A stretch of 64,000 bases of DNA. Source: Nageia nagi. Its lineage: Eukaryota; Plantae; Pinophyta. The stretch is taken from NCBI GenBank assembly GCA_050084985.1, contig JBITNC010000001.1, positions 172,484,001 through 172,548,000 of the forward strand, in the 5' to 3' direction. Below the pieces are notes generated by a model. That model was not told where the DNA came from and made no database searches. It saw nothing but the letters and a program-made list of their open reading frames with translations. Shown piece after piece: positions 53,853 to 64,000 of this stretch; position 1 is the first letter of the stretch, and the number at the start of each line of letters is the position of its first letter. The translations under genes were made by a program, and so were the position numbers.

Positions 53853-54429
53853 TTTGGAAAACTGACTCGAAATCAAACTGTTCCAAGGAACGCTCAAAAA
53901 CAAAAGAAGAAATTTGTGCTTGTCAAATCCGAAATTGTACTTTTTCTTTACCTGCACAGCGTCAAAGATATCACTTTCTTTTGATTCCATTAAAAAAAAC
54001 AGCCAACTCCCTCCGAAAATCAAAATCAAACAAAATTCACGCCATGAAAACCCTTACTAATTCTCAAAACTTTTACATGTTTATAGATTGAAAAATAGCT
54101 CAAAATCTAACAGTCAAATACCTTCCCTGGAGATACAAAGAAACTAATAATCGTCACACTCGTCTAAACTTGCAGATGCATAATTGGCTAAAGCCAAGGA
54201 AATCCAAGAGAATAACGAGCATAAAGCCATATTTTCTGTAGGTACACTAAAATCAAAACCTTCTTGTGCTAATCATTACACAATCCAAGATACGAAAAGT
54301 CAAGTCCATTCCAAATTCAAACTCCAAAACCCATAATTTCACACAATTGAAGCTTCTGAAAAATTCCAATCCGACAAAGCCAAATTAAAAACCTAGAGCC
54401 ACGAAATTCTTCGAACTTCGCCAACCGAC

Positions 54430-54815
54430 GTTGCCGAAACCCTCACTTTTTCCAAGAAAACGAAAAATCGAAACCCTAGACTCCTGAATCACAGCGGTCC
54501 CACGAAACACAAAGCCAAAAGCCAACAAAACACACAAAAACTGCGGCATTGCCCGAATTCAAGAGAAGAAACAGCTTAACGACGGCCTAAAACGGTGAAA
54601 ACACGTCAAACCCCATACATAAATCATTCGAACCCTAGAAACCCTAAAACAAACTAACGCATGCCAAAAATTTCGAAACAACATACCGAGGTCGCAGAAA
54701 AACCCCCATAAAATCAAAAAGCAAACATATAAGACCCCAAATTTCCATCCCGGAAGTACTTACAGTTAAAAATTCAGCCGAGACTCTGTCGAATTTTTCG
54801 AACCCTAATTATGGA
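54430..54815 (-). promoter_or_regulatory. CpG-rich 5' region of SPT6 with clustered telo-box-like motifs (AAACCCTA / AACCCTA)
   Basis: Motifs at ~54438, 54471, 54631, 54638 and 54801 in a CpG-retaining region ~0.6-1 kb upstream of the ATG. Telo-boxes are typical of the 5' regions of plant housekeeping genes. Candidate 5'UTR splice donors lie near 54760, 54120 and 53950. Confidence 0.55.
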
Positions 54816-55689
54816 TTCTCTTCGTGAAAAATGCCCAAGCTATTTAAACAAATCGAGTGCTCCCTTCCCTTCTCCGATCTTTTCTTATGCGATGAAACTT
54901 TCTTCCACGGATTATTCTCCCTTTTAACCAACAGAACACAACAACCACCGGGTTTTAACTTTTAAACATCCCCATACGTGAAAAATTGGGAATTTTTAAA
55001 GGAATGTAAAATGGTTTTTATGGGTATCGTCCGATTGTTGGAATCGGACGGCTGAAGATGCCAACGGTGACGGTGAGAATAAGAATGTTCTAAGCGGTGT
55101 TGAAAGCCCAGTGCGGTTGGAAAAGACGGCTTGATCTCCTTCCGTTAATGCTGCGAAGAGGAAGTTGAAGAGTGGATGGGATAAGAATGGAGAATGCTGC
55201 AGAAAGAGAGGAAAGGAGGTTTTTTTAGTGCCATAGCATGAGCTCCATTGCCAAGTGTCTCTGCAATTTACTTGCTGCTGTCAATACGGCATGGAAGCCT
55301 TGTTATTCCGCTTCAATTTTCACCCTCATCAGATAATGTAAGTCAAGAAGATTATACTTATCCAAGAGTGTTTTTATTTATAGGAAAATGAGGATAGATT
55401 TTACTTGTAAATGAAATTGAGCTTTTTTCTTTTCTTTTTTTGTTTTGCTTTTTTCGATCTTCTACTTGTGTTCTTTCAATGGTGTGTAAATGAAATTATA
55501 AGGATGATGGTAAATAAGATAGAAAAAGTTTCACTTAATTGGGGTGAGCTTTTAAATTTATTGAGGATTGTTTTATTGATCTATTTTTTTGAAGATGCAG
55601 AGGATTGTTTTATTGATCCATTTTTTTATGGTGTAGAAGTTGTTCATTTTTAGATTCCTCATGAAGTTATTAATTATGAATCCATCAAT

Positions 55690-56850
55690 TAAGAGGTAAA
55701 TTTTAAGAATAATTTCTTGATCAATAGATTTGTAGTGGGACACCTTAATATTGACTTTATTAGAAAATGAATGCATGAAAAATGGAAAATTAAAGGATGA
55801 TTAGACATTACTGCTTTTTCTAAAGATTTTTTGCTCTTCATCTTCAACAAGAATGAGGATATGGAAGATGTGCTTCAGAAAGGGTCTTGGTTTCTTGGAA
55901 TGGAAAGCTTGTACTTGAATAATAGGCATGAATTTTAGGAAAGGGTTCTATTTGGGTTCAATCATTTGATTTCCTAATCAAAATTTAGGATTTGAATGTT
56001 AGAGTCAGTATCACCAAGGCAATTAGAGAACTAGTTGCAACTGACTCTGCCACCAGAGTCAAAATTAGGATGTTAGCAACAAGATTTTATGTTAATGTTC
56101 AGTTCTCTAAAGACCTTCCGAGGAAAATCATCCTTGATACTTTTATGGGCCTTGGGAACAATAAATTGAGTTTGAACAATTGCCCTCTTAGTGCACCATG
56201 TATAAGACAATTGGGCATGCAAGTAAAGATTGTGCAAAGAAGTTAAACCAACCTCCAAGATCCAATAACACTACAAACGTGTGGGTAAATAAGAACTCGT
56301 TTGAGCCTCTTACAATCAAATTTTCTTTCGATGAGAAAGAAGGTAGATTCAAGCTTAACAAAGTTACACCATAAGATTTAGATGAAGAAGAAAAAGAAAG
56401 AGGAGTTGAAATGAAAAAAAATTGATGAAGCATTTGATAATACAACATATTCAAATTAAAAAAAAACGTATAAAAATTCTTAAAAAAATAGATCTAGAAG
56501 AATGTCAAGAGAACATTGGGAGGACATAAGGAGGTAATTAAGAGGGTGTTGTTCAAGCTTCTAGTGAAGAAAAATAAATAAATCCATTTGAACATAAACC
56601 CATCCTAGATGTGCAGAAATAGTTAGAAATTTGTCAAGCACCACTTAGTGCAAGTCACTCTCAAATAATAACCAAAAGTTCCAAAAAGAAGATAGATTCA
56701 AGTAAAGGTAGGCCTTCAAGTTTTCTTATTTGAAATAGAGAAATAATAAAATATATTACCAACAAAATCCAATGCAGTTTAGAATTGAGTGGAGGGTTTT
56801 TACCCAAAAAAATAAAATTGAAAGATCCTTCTTTTTCATTATTGGAAGTT
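55690..56850 (+). mobile_element. Decayed L1 LINE ORF1 (DUF4283 / zinc-knuckle type)
   Basis: FLLFIFNKNEDMEDVLQKGSWFLG; KAIRELVATDSATRVKIRMLATRFYVNVQFSKDLPRKIIL; degenerate CCHC (CTMYKTIGHASKDC) at ~56190-56235. Confidence 0.75.
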
Positions 56851-57653
56851 TGTTGGTACTTTACTGGTTCTACAATAGATTTAAATGGTAGTTTTATGTA
56901 TCCTTGTGCAAAATTTTCATAATCTATTGAAATGAATATGTAAATATAGGTTTTATGTATATGTATTAAAAATGCAAATAACAAAGATCATGATTATAAA
57001 ATGATAAATAACATGCAAATAATAATTGTTAGTAAGATAATAAATATAACTAATTAGTAATGCTAATTCATAATAATTGTAAATAATTATTTATTGATAA
57101 AAAAATGGATAAATCGTGAGAGGTAACAAAATGATAAACCACGAGAGATAATACATGTGAAATATAAGACATAAGTTATAGTATTGAATCTTTCATTTGT
57201 AATAATTTAGTCATTAACATAAATACAAGGATTTTTTTTTTTTTAATTATTATGGTTGCATTTAAACTTGACAAGGTATAAGACATGAAAAATAATGTAA
57301 TGATTTTTACTTCATAATACTTTTACTTTTATACTTTACGAAACAAAGTGGTTATTTCATATGCTTATTGAATGCTAATATTTTTTCAGAGTTTTATTTT
57401 ATTCTTTAGTACATTTAATTATAAGGCATTAGTATCTATGATCTGTTAAGTGGATATTTTTGTTTTGTTTCAATTGAGTTTTATATTTATATGTTTTTGA
57501 TAATGTTGGTTATTAGCAAGAGAGAATTTCAAAAGGATTGCTAATGACTTTTGTGGTAACTTAATGATAAATTACCATATTAATGATAAAGAGAGAAATT
57601 ACTAAAGCTAAAAGATAAAGGTAATATAATAATAAGCAAGGATTAATATGAGT

Positions 57654-58116
57654 TGAAGGAACATGAAAGCTGTCAATTCACATCTAACTATCACACAAAG
57701 CAATCTTACAAAGATAACACAAGATGTAAGTGGTTCCTCCAACTAGGAGTACATCCACTAACTAGATCTTTACTTCAATCACAAATACAACTCTCTTACA
57801 ATCCTCTTAATCTCAACTCCTACACTCCTATCCTATAGCATAACTTTACTCCACAATTGGTATGTAATCACAAAGAGGGAGCCTTCTATTTATAGGCTAA
57901 AATCCCTCTTTGGATCACCCTTTTATCCAATGTACAAAAGCATGGCATGCACATCCTTTTACTCAAAGGGCATGCTCATGACATGGAGTGTAGGACAAGT
58001 TACATCATCATATTCACTTAAATACTTAAAGTATCAAATGATACCCTTAAGTATTAGTGAATTTACATAAAAGATTATTACATAACCTTTACAATAATGC
58101 ATTATGCATTCCAACA
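57654..58116 (-). mobile_element. Solo copia LTR
   Basis: TGAAGGAA...TTCCAACA flanked by a perfect TSD TGAGT (57649-57653 and 58117-58121); colinear with the LTR at ~59450-59907. Confidence 0.9.
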
Positions 58117-58309
58117 TGAGTAACAACTAATCAAGAATAACACTACAATGTTGAAGACCATATATAGAAGTCACCATAACTCTTGTAGACTCAAAAATGT
58201 TTAAATACAAAAATAAATAAATTTGGTCTATGAATACAATCAATAACAACTCTATATTAAATTACAAGAAATATACATGAAACATATAAACTTGATATAG
58301 AGTGAGACT

Positions 58310-59446
58310 TGTAGTCAGTTTGTGTACAATCTTCAAAGACAAATAGTAATGAATCTCTCAAGGATTGCCATCAAATTCAAGAGAAGCTCTCAACAGATGC
58401 TCACTATAGTGGATGCACGAGTTGTTCTCTAAAATCTAAACCTCCCGATCATGAAGGTGCATGCGGATGGCTACATGGAAGAGGTACATAGTTATCAGCG
58501 AAGGAGTGGTAACTTCGTATTATGTGCAAGAGATAGATAAAAGAGCTCAGAGACTTAAGAAGTTCTCAAAGATAGGTGGCATCAAGAGACATTGTAAGTT
58601 TTATGTTTGGGATAACCACCTATCAGAGAGATTTAATAGGAATGTCAACCTTCACCTCTCATATTTATAACCTGCAAGGAAATAAAAAGGGGTGAAAGCT
58701 GACACATAGCAATAACAATAACCATTTCAATATTCAAGATAACTTAAAATATAAACCATGGTATATGATATTACATTGGCCCTAGCACATGGTGTTACAA
58801 TATAATAGCACTTTATCTTTATTTAAGTATTATTATCATTTAATCATTTAATGCACTAAATATGATTTATTAAATAAATAATAAATCATTTTTAAGCGTC
58901 TACATTTTGTCCTTCTTTGGATATGTAATATAAAATGTTGAGATTGTATAATCCAAATAAGTTTAGAGAAGAGAAAAATATTTTCAATAGTAAAATGGAC
59001 TTCCCTATTTTGATCGATATGTCGAGTATGATATGTTGTTTGAACTATTTTAGTCTTAGTTGCCTCTAGTTCATGTTGTGTTGGGTAAGCAAGCCAAAAA
59101 TAGGAGTTCCACTATAAGGTGAGCGGTTGATGGCAATCCTACTCACTCAAACAATAACTATAGAACAAAATAACATATACCCACATAGATCACATCTATG
59201 AAAGAATAAGCGAAAAAATAGCAAGGGTGAAATAAATATAATATGCAATGTGTTACTATGGCCAATGTGACTCATAGTGATATAAACTATGATACATAGA
59301 CTATTGTGATAGACAACTCATATTTTATGAAGAGTAAGCGCATTGGTTCTTTGTAATGCTCCAAGCTTGTAATATCCATGATTTATAGACTACCATGATA
59401 AACAACTTGAGAGAATTGAATTGTAACATGAATAACTCTAAACTCC
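58310..59446 (-). mobile_element. Gypsy (Tat-like) 3' end fragment: PPT + LTR
   Basis: Minus strand reads CCAAAGAAGGACAAAA-TGTAGACGCTTAAAAATG (LTR start at 58904), like the E1 LTR start; left boundary uncertain. Confidence 0.45.
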
Positions 59447-62400
59447 CAAGATCACATGAAAGCTTACAATTTACATCTAACAAAATCATAAAGCAATCTC
59501 ACAAAAATAACACAAGATGTAAGTGGTTTCCGTAAATAGGAGTACATCCACTAACTAGATCTCACTTCATTCACAAACATGAATCTCTTGCGATTCTCTT
59601 AACTCATCTCCTAAATGTTATCCTATAACATAGCTTTACTCCACAAATTGGTGTGTAATCACAAAGAGGGAGCCTTCTATTTATAGGCCAAAATCCCTCT
59701 TTGAATCACCTTTTTACCCAATGTACAAAGGCATGACATGCACATCCTTCTACCCAAGGGGCATGCTCATGACATGGAGTGTAAGATAAGTTACATTATC
59801 ATATTCACTTAAATAATTAAGGTATCAAATGATACCTTTAAGTATTAGTAAACTTACATAGAAGACTATTGCAAAACCTTTACAATAATGCATTATACAT
59901 TCCAACACTCCCTCTTAATGCAATATTGGGATAGAGTGAATAAAAGAGAAGGAAGAGAGAAAGTAAGGAAGTTCTTCTCCAAAAAGATACAACAAAGATG
60001 AGAACTTTTTACATATTTGTGAAGTAACAAAGATCTAGTTTGATACTCACTACTTTGCCAAATATAATCATTAATTACAACTGATTTCAATGTACATGAA
60101 GTAGTCATCCAACTGAAAGTCATGAGAGTCTCCAAGAGCCTGCATACCCAAAGTAAGTAACCTATAATCTCAAAAGAACCTGCAAGTTATAAGCAGCTCG
60201 AATAATAAGATCAGATAGATGCAACATATTCATATTAACTAGGATAGATGAATCACACAAATGCCATCATGAACTAATCAATGGTGCACTATAAGTCATC
60301 ATGAAGACGCCAAGCCAAAACTCATAGTCACCTGCTGTATATAAAATATGTGTTGATTATTATTACAAAATAAAGCATGCACATACAAGTTCCTCACATA
60401 TGGATAACTGAATAGTGCTAAAAGACACACAAGAGTTCCTCACACATGGATAATTGAATAGTGCTAGATTGGCCAATCTTTTAACTTTAAAAAATTTGTA
60501 CAATAAGTTCCTCATGCAGAGTGAACTTACCATGAAGGTATATAATAAAATCAACACTATATAGCATAAAATCCTCATAGGGGTGAAGTTGTCATCATAA
60601 ACATGAATTCAACATAAGAATTCAAACTTCACTTCCCCTTAAGGCCAACATCAGCAAACCAATAGCATATCTAAGCTTATAGAACTGAGCTTTCGGGAGA
60701 GGCTTGGTGAATAAATCAATGGAGTTTAAGGTAGATAAATAATACTCTAAGTGTATGATGCCATCAAGAACCTTCTCCCTAATAAAATGGGCATGGATTT
60801 CCATATGTTTTATTCTCTAATGGAACACATGATTCCTAGCTGAAGAAATAGTTGATTGATTATCTGAAAAAATCAAAGATGAACCAAATTTGTCATATAC
60901 AATTTCTTTCAAAAAATGCCTTAGCCAAATAGCTTCTTAGGTTGTAATAGACATGGCACGGTATTCAACTTCTATGGTGGAAAAAGAAATAGTGGGTTGC
61001 TTCTTAGAATCCCAAGAGATAGCACCTGAACTAATGCTAAACACATACGAAAAGGTTGATTTCCTATCATCTCTATCTCCTCCATAGTCAGAATCTGAGA
61101 ATCTAGAGAAAACAAATGAGGGCAACTTAGAATACTTGAGAGCAAGATCCTTAGTCCCTACAACATATCTCAAGATTTCTTTAGTAGCATTAAGATGTCA
61201 ACATATGGTTTCTGCATGAATTGAGCCATTAGATTCACTACAAAGGTAGTATTTGGCTTGGAAATAGTCAAATATAAAAGACTACCAATTAATTGCCTAC
61301 AAGCTATAGCATCAACTAACTGAGAGTTGAAGCTCAAAGAAATAGTGATTCTAGAAGAAATTAGGATTGTAGCATATCTACAGTCCTCCATTCCAAACTT
61401 CTATAAGATATCTGATGTATACTTAGATTAACTAAGATAAGTACAATCCTTGTATTGATACATTTGCATTTCAAGATAGTAGTAAAAAAGACCAAGATTG
61501 ATCATTTCAAATGTTGCTTTAAGTTTGGATATGTACTCTTAATGATTTCATTATTATTCTCAGTAATCAAAAGATCATCCACATAAAGAAGAATCAAGAC
61601 CATATCTTTTCCTTGAGTGAGCACATACAAATTGGTGTAAAAAAAATATTTAAAGAATCCAATGTCTGCAAACTACCCAAAAATTTTCTTGTACTAGGCT
61701 TTAGGTGCTTGCTTAAGTCCATACAATGACTTATTTAGCTTGCACACAAAGGATTCTTTACCTTCCATAATGAACCCTTCTAGTTGATTTATGAAGATTT
61801 TCACATCTAAGTCACCATTGAGAAATGCATTCTTGATGTCAAGTTGAAAAACTTTCCATCTTTGAGCAAAACCTTTAGCTACTAACCTTGCCTTGTATTT
61901 TTCAATATCCCTAACAAAATTGAACTTGACCTTAAATATCCACTTATTAACAATCACATTCTTCTCATTGGGATAAGGAATCAAAACCTAAGTTTTATTT
62001 TTCATAAGCACCTTAAACTCCACTTTCATGGCTTCCATCTAGCACTCATGCTTAGAAGCTTCTTTGAAGGTTAAGAATGCATGCTTATTGTCAATCTTGC
62101 CAAATAAGGATTTATTCAAGGTCATGCTCCTAGTTACCCTTTATGTTGAAGAATTTTGTTCCTAAGATGACTTGTTTAGATCAATGTCTAACTAGCTAGT
62201 GCAATTGAAGAGTACTCTAGATCATCAACATCCTCATTAGAAGCAAATTTTTTAGGAAGTTCATTAAACTTTACATCTCTTGAAATAAACATAGCTTTGT
62301 AGGATGGAGAGTAGATTCTGTAGCCTTTATGTTGACTGTCATAACCCACAAAGATGTATTTTTTAGCCATTTTATCAAACTTCTCCCTTTTCTTAGAAAT

Positions 62401-64000
62401 AATGTAGGAGAATGCTTCAAAACCAAATACCTTAAGATGAAAAATGTTAGATTTTCTTCCTAACCATACCTCAAAAGGAGTTTTACCCTAAACGACTTTT
62501 ATGGGACACCTATTCAAGATGTAAATAGCAATGCTCATAGCTTCACCCCATAAGAAACTGGAAGATTACCTAACATGCATCTATCCATTTCCATAATTAT
62601 TTTATTTTTCCTTTTGATAACACCATTCTACTGAGGAGTGTAAGAAATCATAAATTACCTTTTGATTCCATACATAACATAATAGTCATTGAACTCATTA
62701 TTGTTATATTCTCCTCTATTATTTGATTTCAACATCTTGATTTTAAGGTTAATTTGATTCTCAATAAAGGCTTTAAAAACTTTAAAACTCTCAAAGGTTT
62801 GATCTTTGTGCTCAAGTAGATACCCAAAGGTCATTCTACCAAATTCATCAATGAAGGTCAAGACATAAGATTCTCCTCTAAGCGACTTAGTCTGAAATGG
62901 AACCATCAAATTTGAATGCACAAGTTGAAGAGGTTGAGATGCTTTTGTTGCCTTATATTTTTGAAACTTTTATCTATGCATCTTGCCAAGAATGCATTTC
63001 TTGCATAGACCAACTGAAGGAGAAATTAAAGGCAAACCTTCCATAAGTTCTAGGTCTTTCATGACTTGAATACTCTTGTGGTTAAGGTGTTGTAAATGTT
63101 GGTGCCAAAGATTGCCTCTAGAACACACACTTGTAACAAGACACATATTTAATGGAACTTGATCCATAATGTGGAGATAATCTTTCATTGATCCTTTAAC
63201 CAACATGGTAAGTCCTTTCTTAATATGCCAAGATTGAGAGTTGAACTCAAGAGAGTACCCTTTTCTAGTAACTTAGATCATGGAGAGAAGGTTCATCCTA
63301 AGCTTAGAAATATAGAGCACATTATCAAGAACCTTTTCGTGAATCAACATACTCCCAATTCCTTGGACTTCAAAGGTAGAATTATCATCTATCATAACTG
63401 CATCTTTTCTATACTTGTGAAAGTTCTCAAACTTTTTCTTTTCAAAGCATAGGTGATTAGTATAACTAGAGTTAACAATTCAATCAAACAAAAAAGAGCA
63501 AGACATGGAGTAGAGCATCATAGCAAAACCAACTTGAATATTATTCTTTTCTTTTAAGTTCTTTACATTTCTATTACCTTTGTTTTTTTTTCTCTTTTTT
63601 CTTTTTGTAGCAATCAACTTTTTTGTGACCTTGGATGCCATAATAGTTATAATTACCATCAAACTTTTTCTTAAGCTATGGATTGTTTACTTTACCTTTT
63701 CCATCTCTTTGCTTGAAGTGGTTATTGTTATCATTACCTCTTTTTTCAAACCTTTTTTAAGAAGAAGGATAAAATTTGTTTTAATGGTTGAAATTCTTCT
63801 TGAAAGGTGTTTTGGTTGCTCCAAGAGCAACATTATTATCCTTAAGAGAAGAAATCAACACTTTTTTGTTAAGGGTTTTCTCATACTTCAAAAGCATGCT
63901 AGATAGGTTCTCAAGGGAGAAGACTTCTTCATCATTAAGCCTTGTTTCCATAACCATCACAAAATTTTCAAAGTTTGAAGAAAAGCTTTGAAGAATGATG
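59447..64000 (-). mobile_element. Decayed Ty1/copia LTR retrotransposon (gag-INT-RT-RH, 3' LTR); 5' end outside the window
   Basis: GAG-pre-integrase LWHQHLQH (62970-63206); INT YVLTFIDEF (62655-62921); RT KYKARLVAKGF, QLDIKNAFLNGDL and LYVDD (~61580); RH FSDSDYGGDRDDRKST, DLFTKPL; PPT AAGAGGGAG 59908-59916; LTR ~59450-59907. Confidence 0.92.

Noticed and set aside
57654-59907. A 2.2-kb TRIM/LARD bounded by the two similar copia LTRs
   Set aside because: The left LTR has its own perfect TSD, the right LTR is attached to the copia PPT and pol, and no matching PBS/PPT lies between them.

Overview
Very AT-rich plant nuclear DNA, probably a gymnosperm (inference from TE families, base composition and protein divergence). 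It holds one host gene, SPT6/SPT6L (RNA Pol II elongation factor and histone chaperone with a C-terminal WG/GW Argonaute-hook tail), on the minus strand: 16 coding exons, 53852->41204, about 1816 aa. The gene carries two apparent 1-bp frameshifts (~46333 and ~41724) and a hAT-type MITE in intron 14. Left of the gene (1-~36400) is a nested pile of decayed LTR retrotransposons: three Tat/Ogre-type Ty3/gypsy copies (E1 and E2 show an extra archaeal-type RNase H; only INT and 3' sequence of E3 are visible), a complete 4.9-kb non-coding copia-type LTR element (LARD-like) packed with tandem and hairpin repeats, and a complete 9.5-kb pol-less Tat element with gag plus an antisense Plant Mobile Domain ORF. 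Right of the gene are an L1 LINE ORF1 remnant, a solo copia LTR with a perfect TSD, a gypsy 3'-end fragment, and a decayed Ty1/copia element running off the window that is related to the non-coding element. TE sequence is strongly deaminated, while the gene region keeps its CpGs. All alignments were done by eye; no searches were run.
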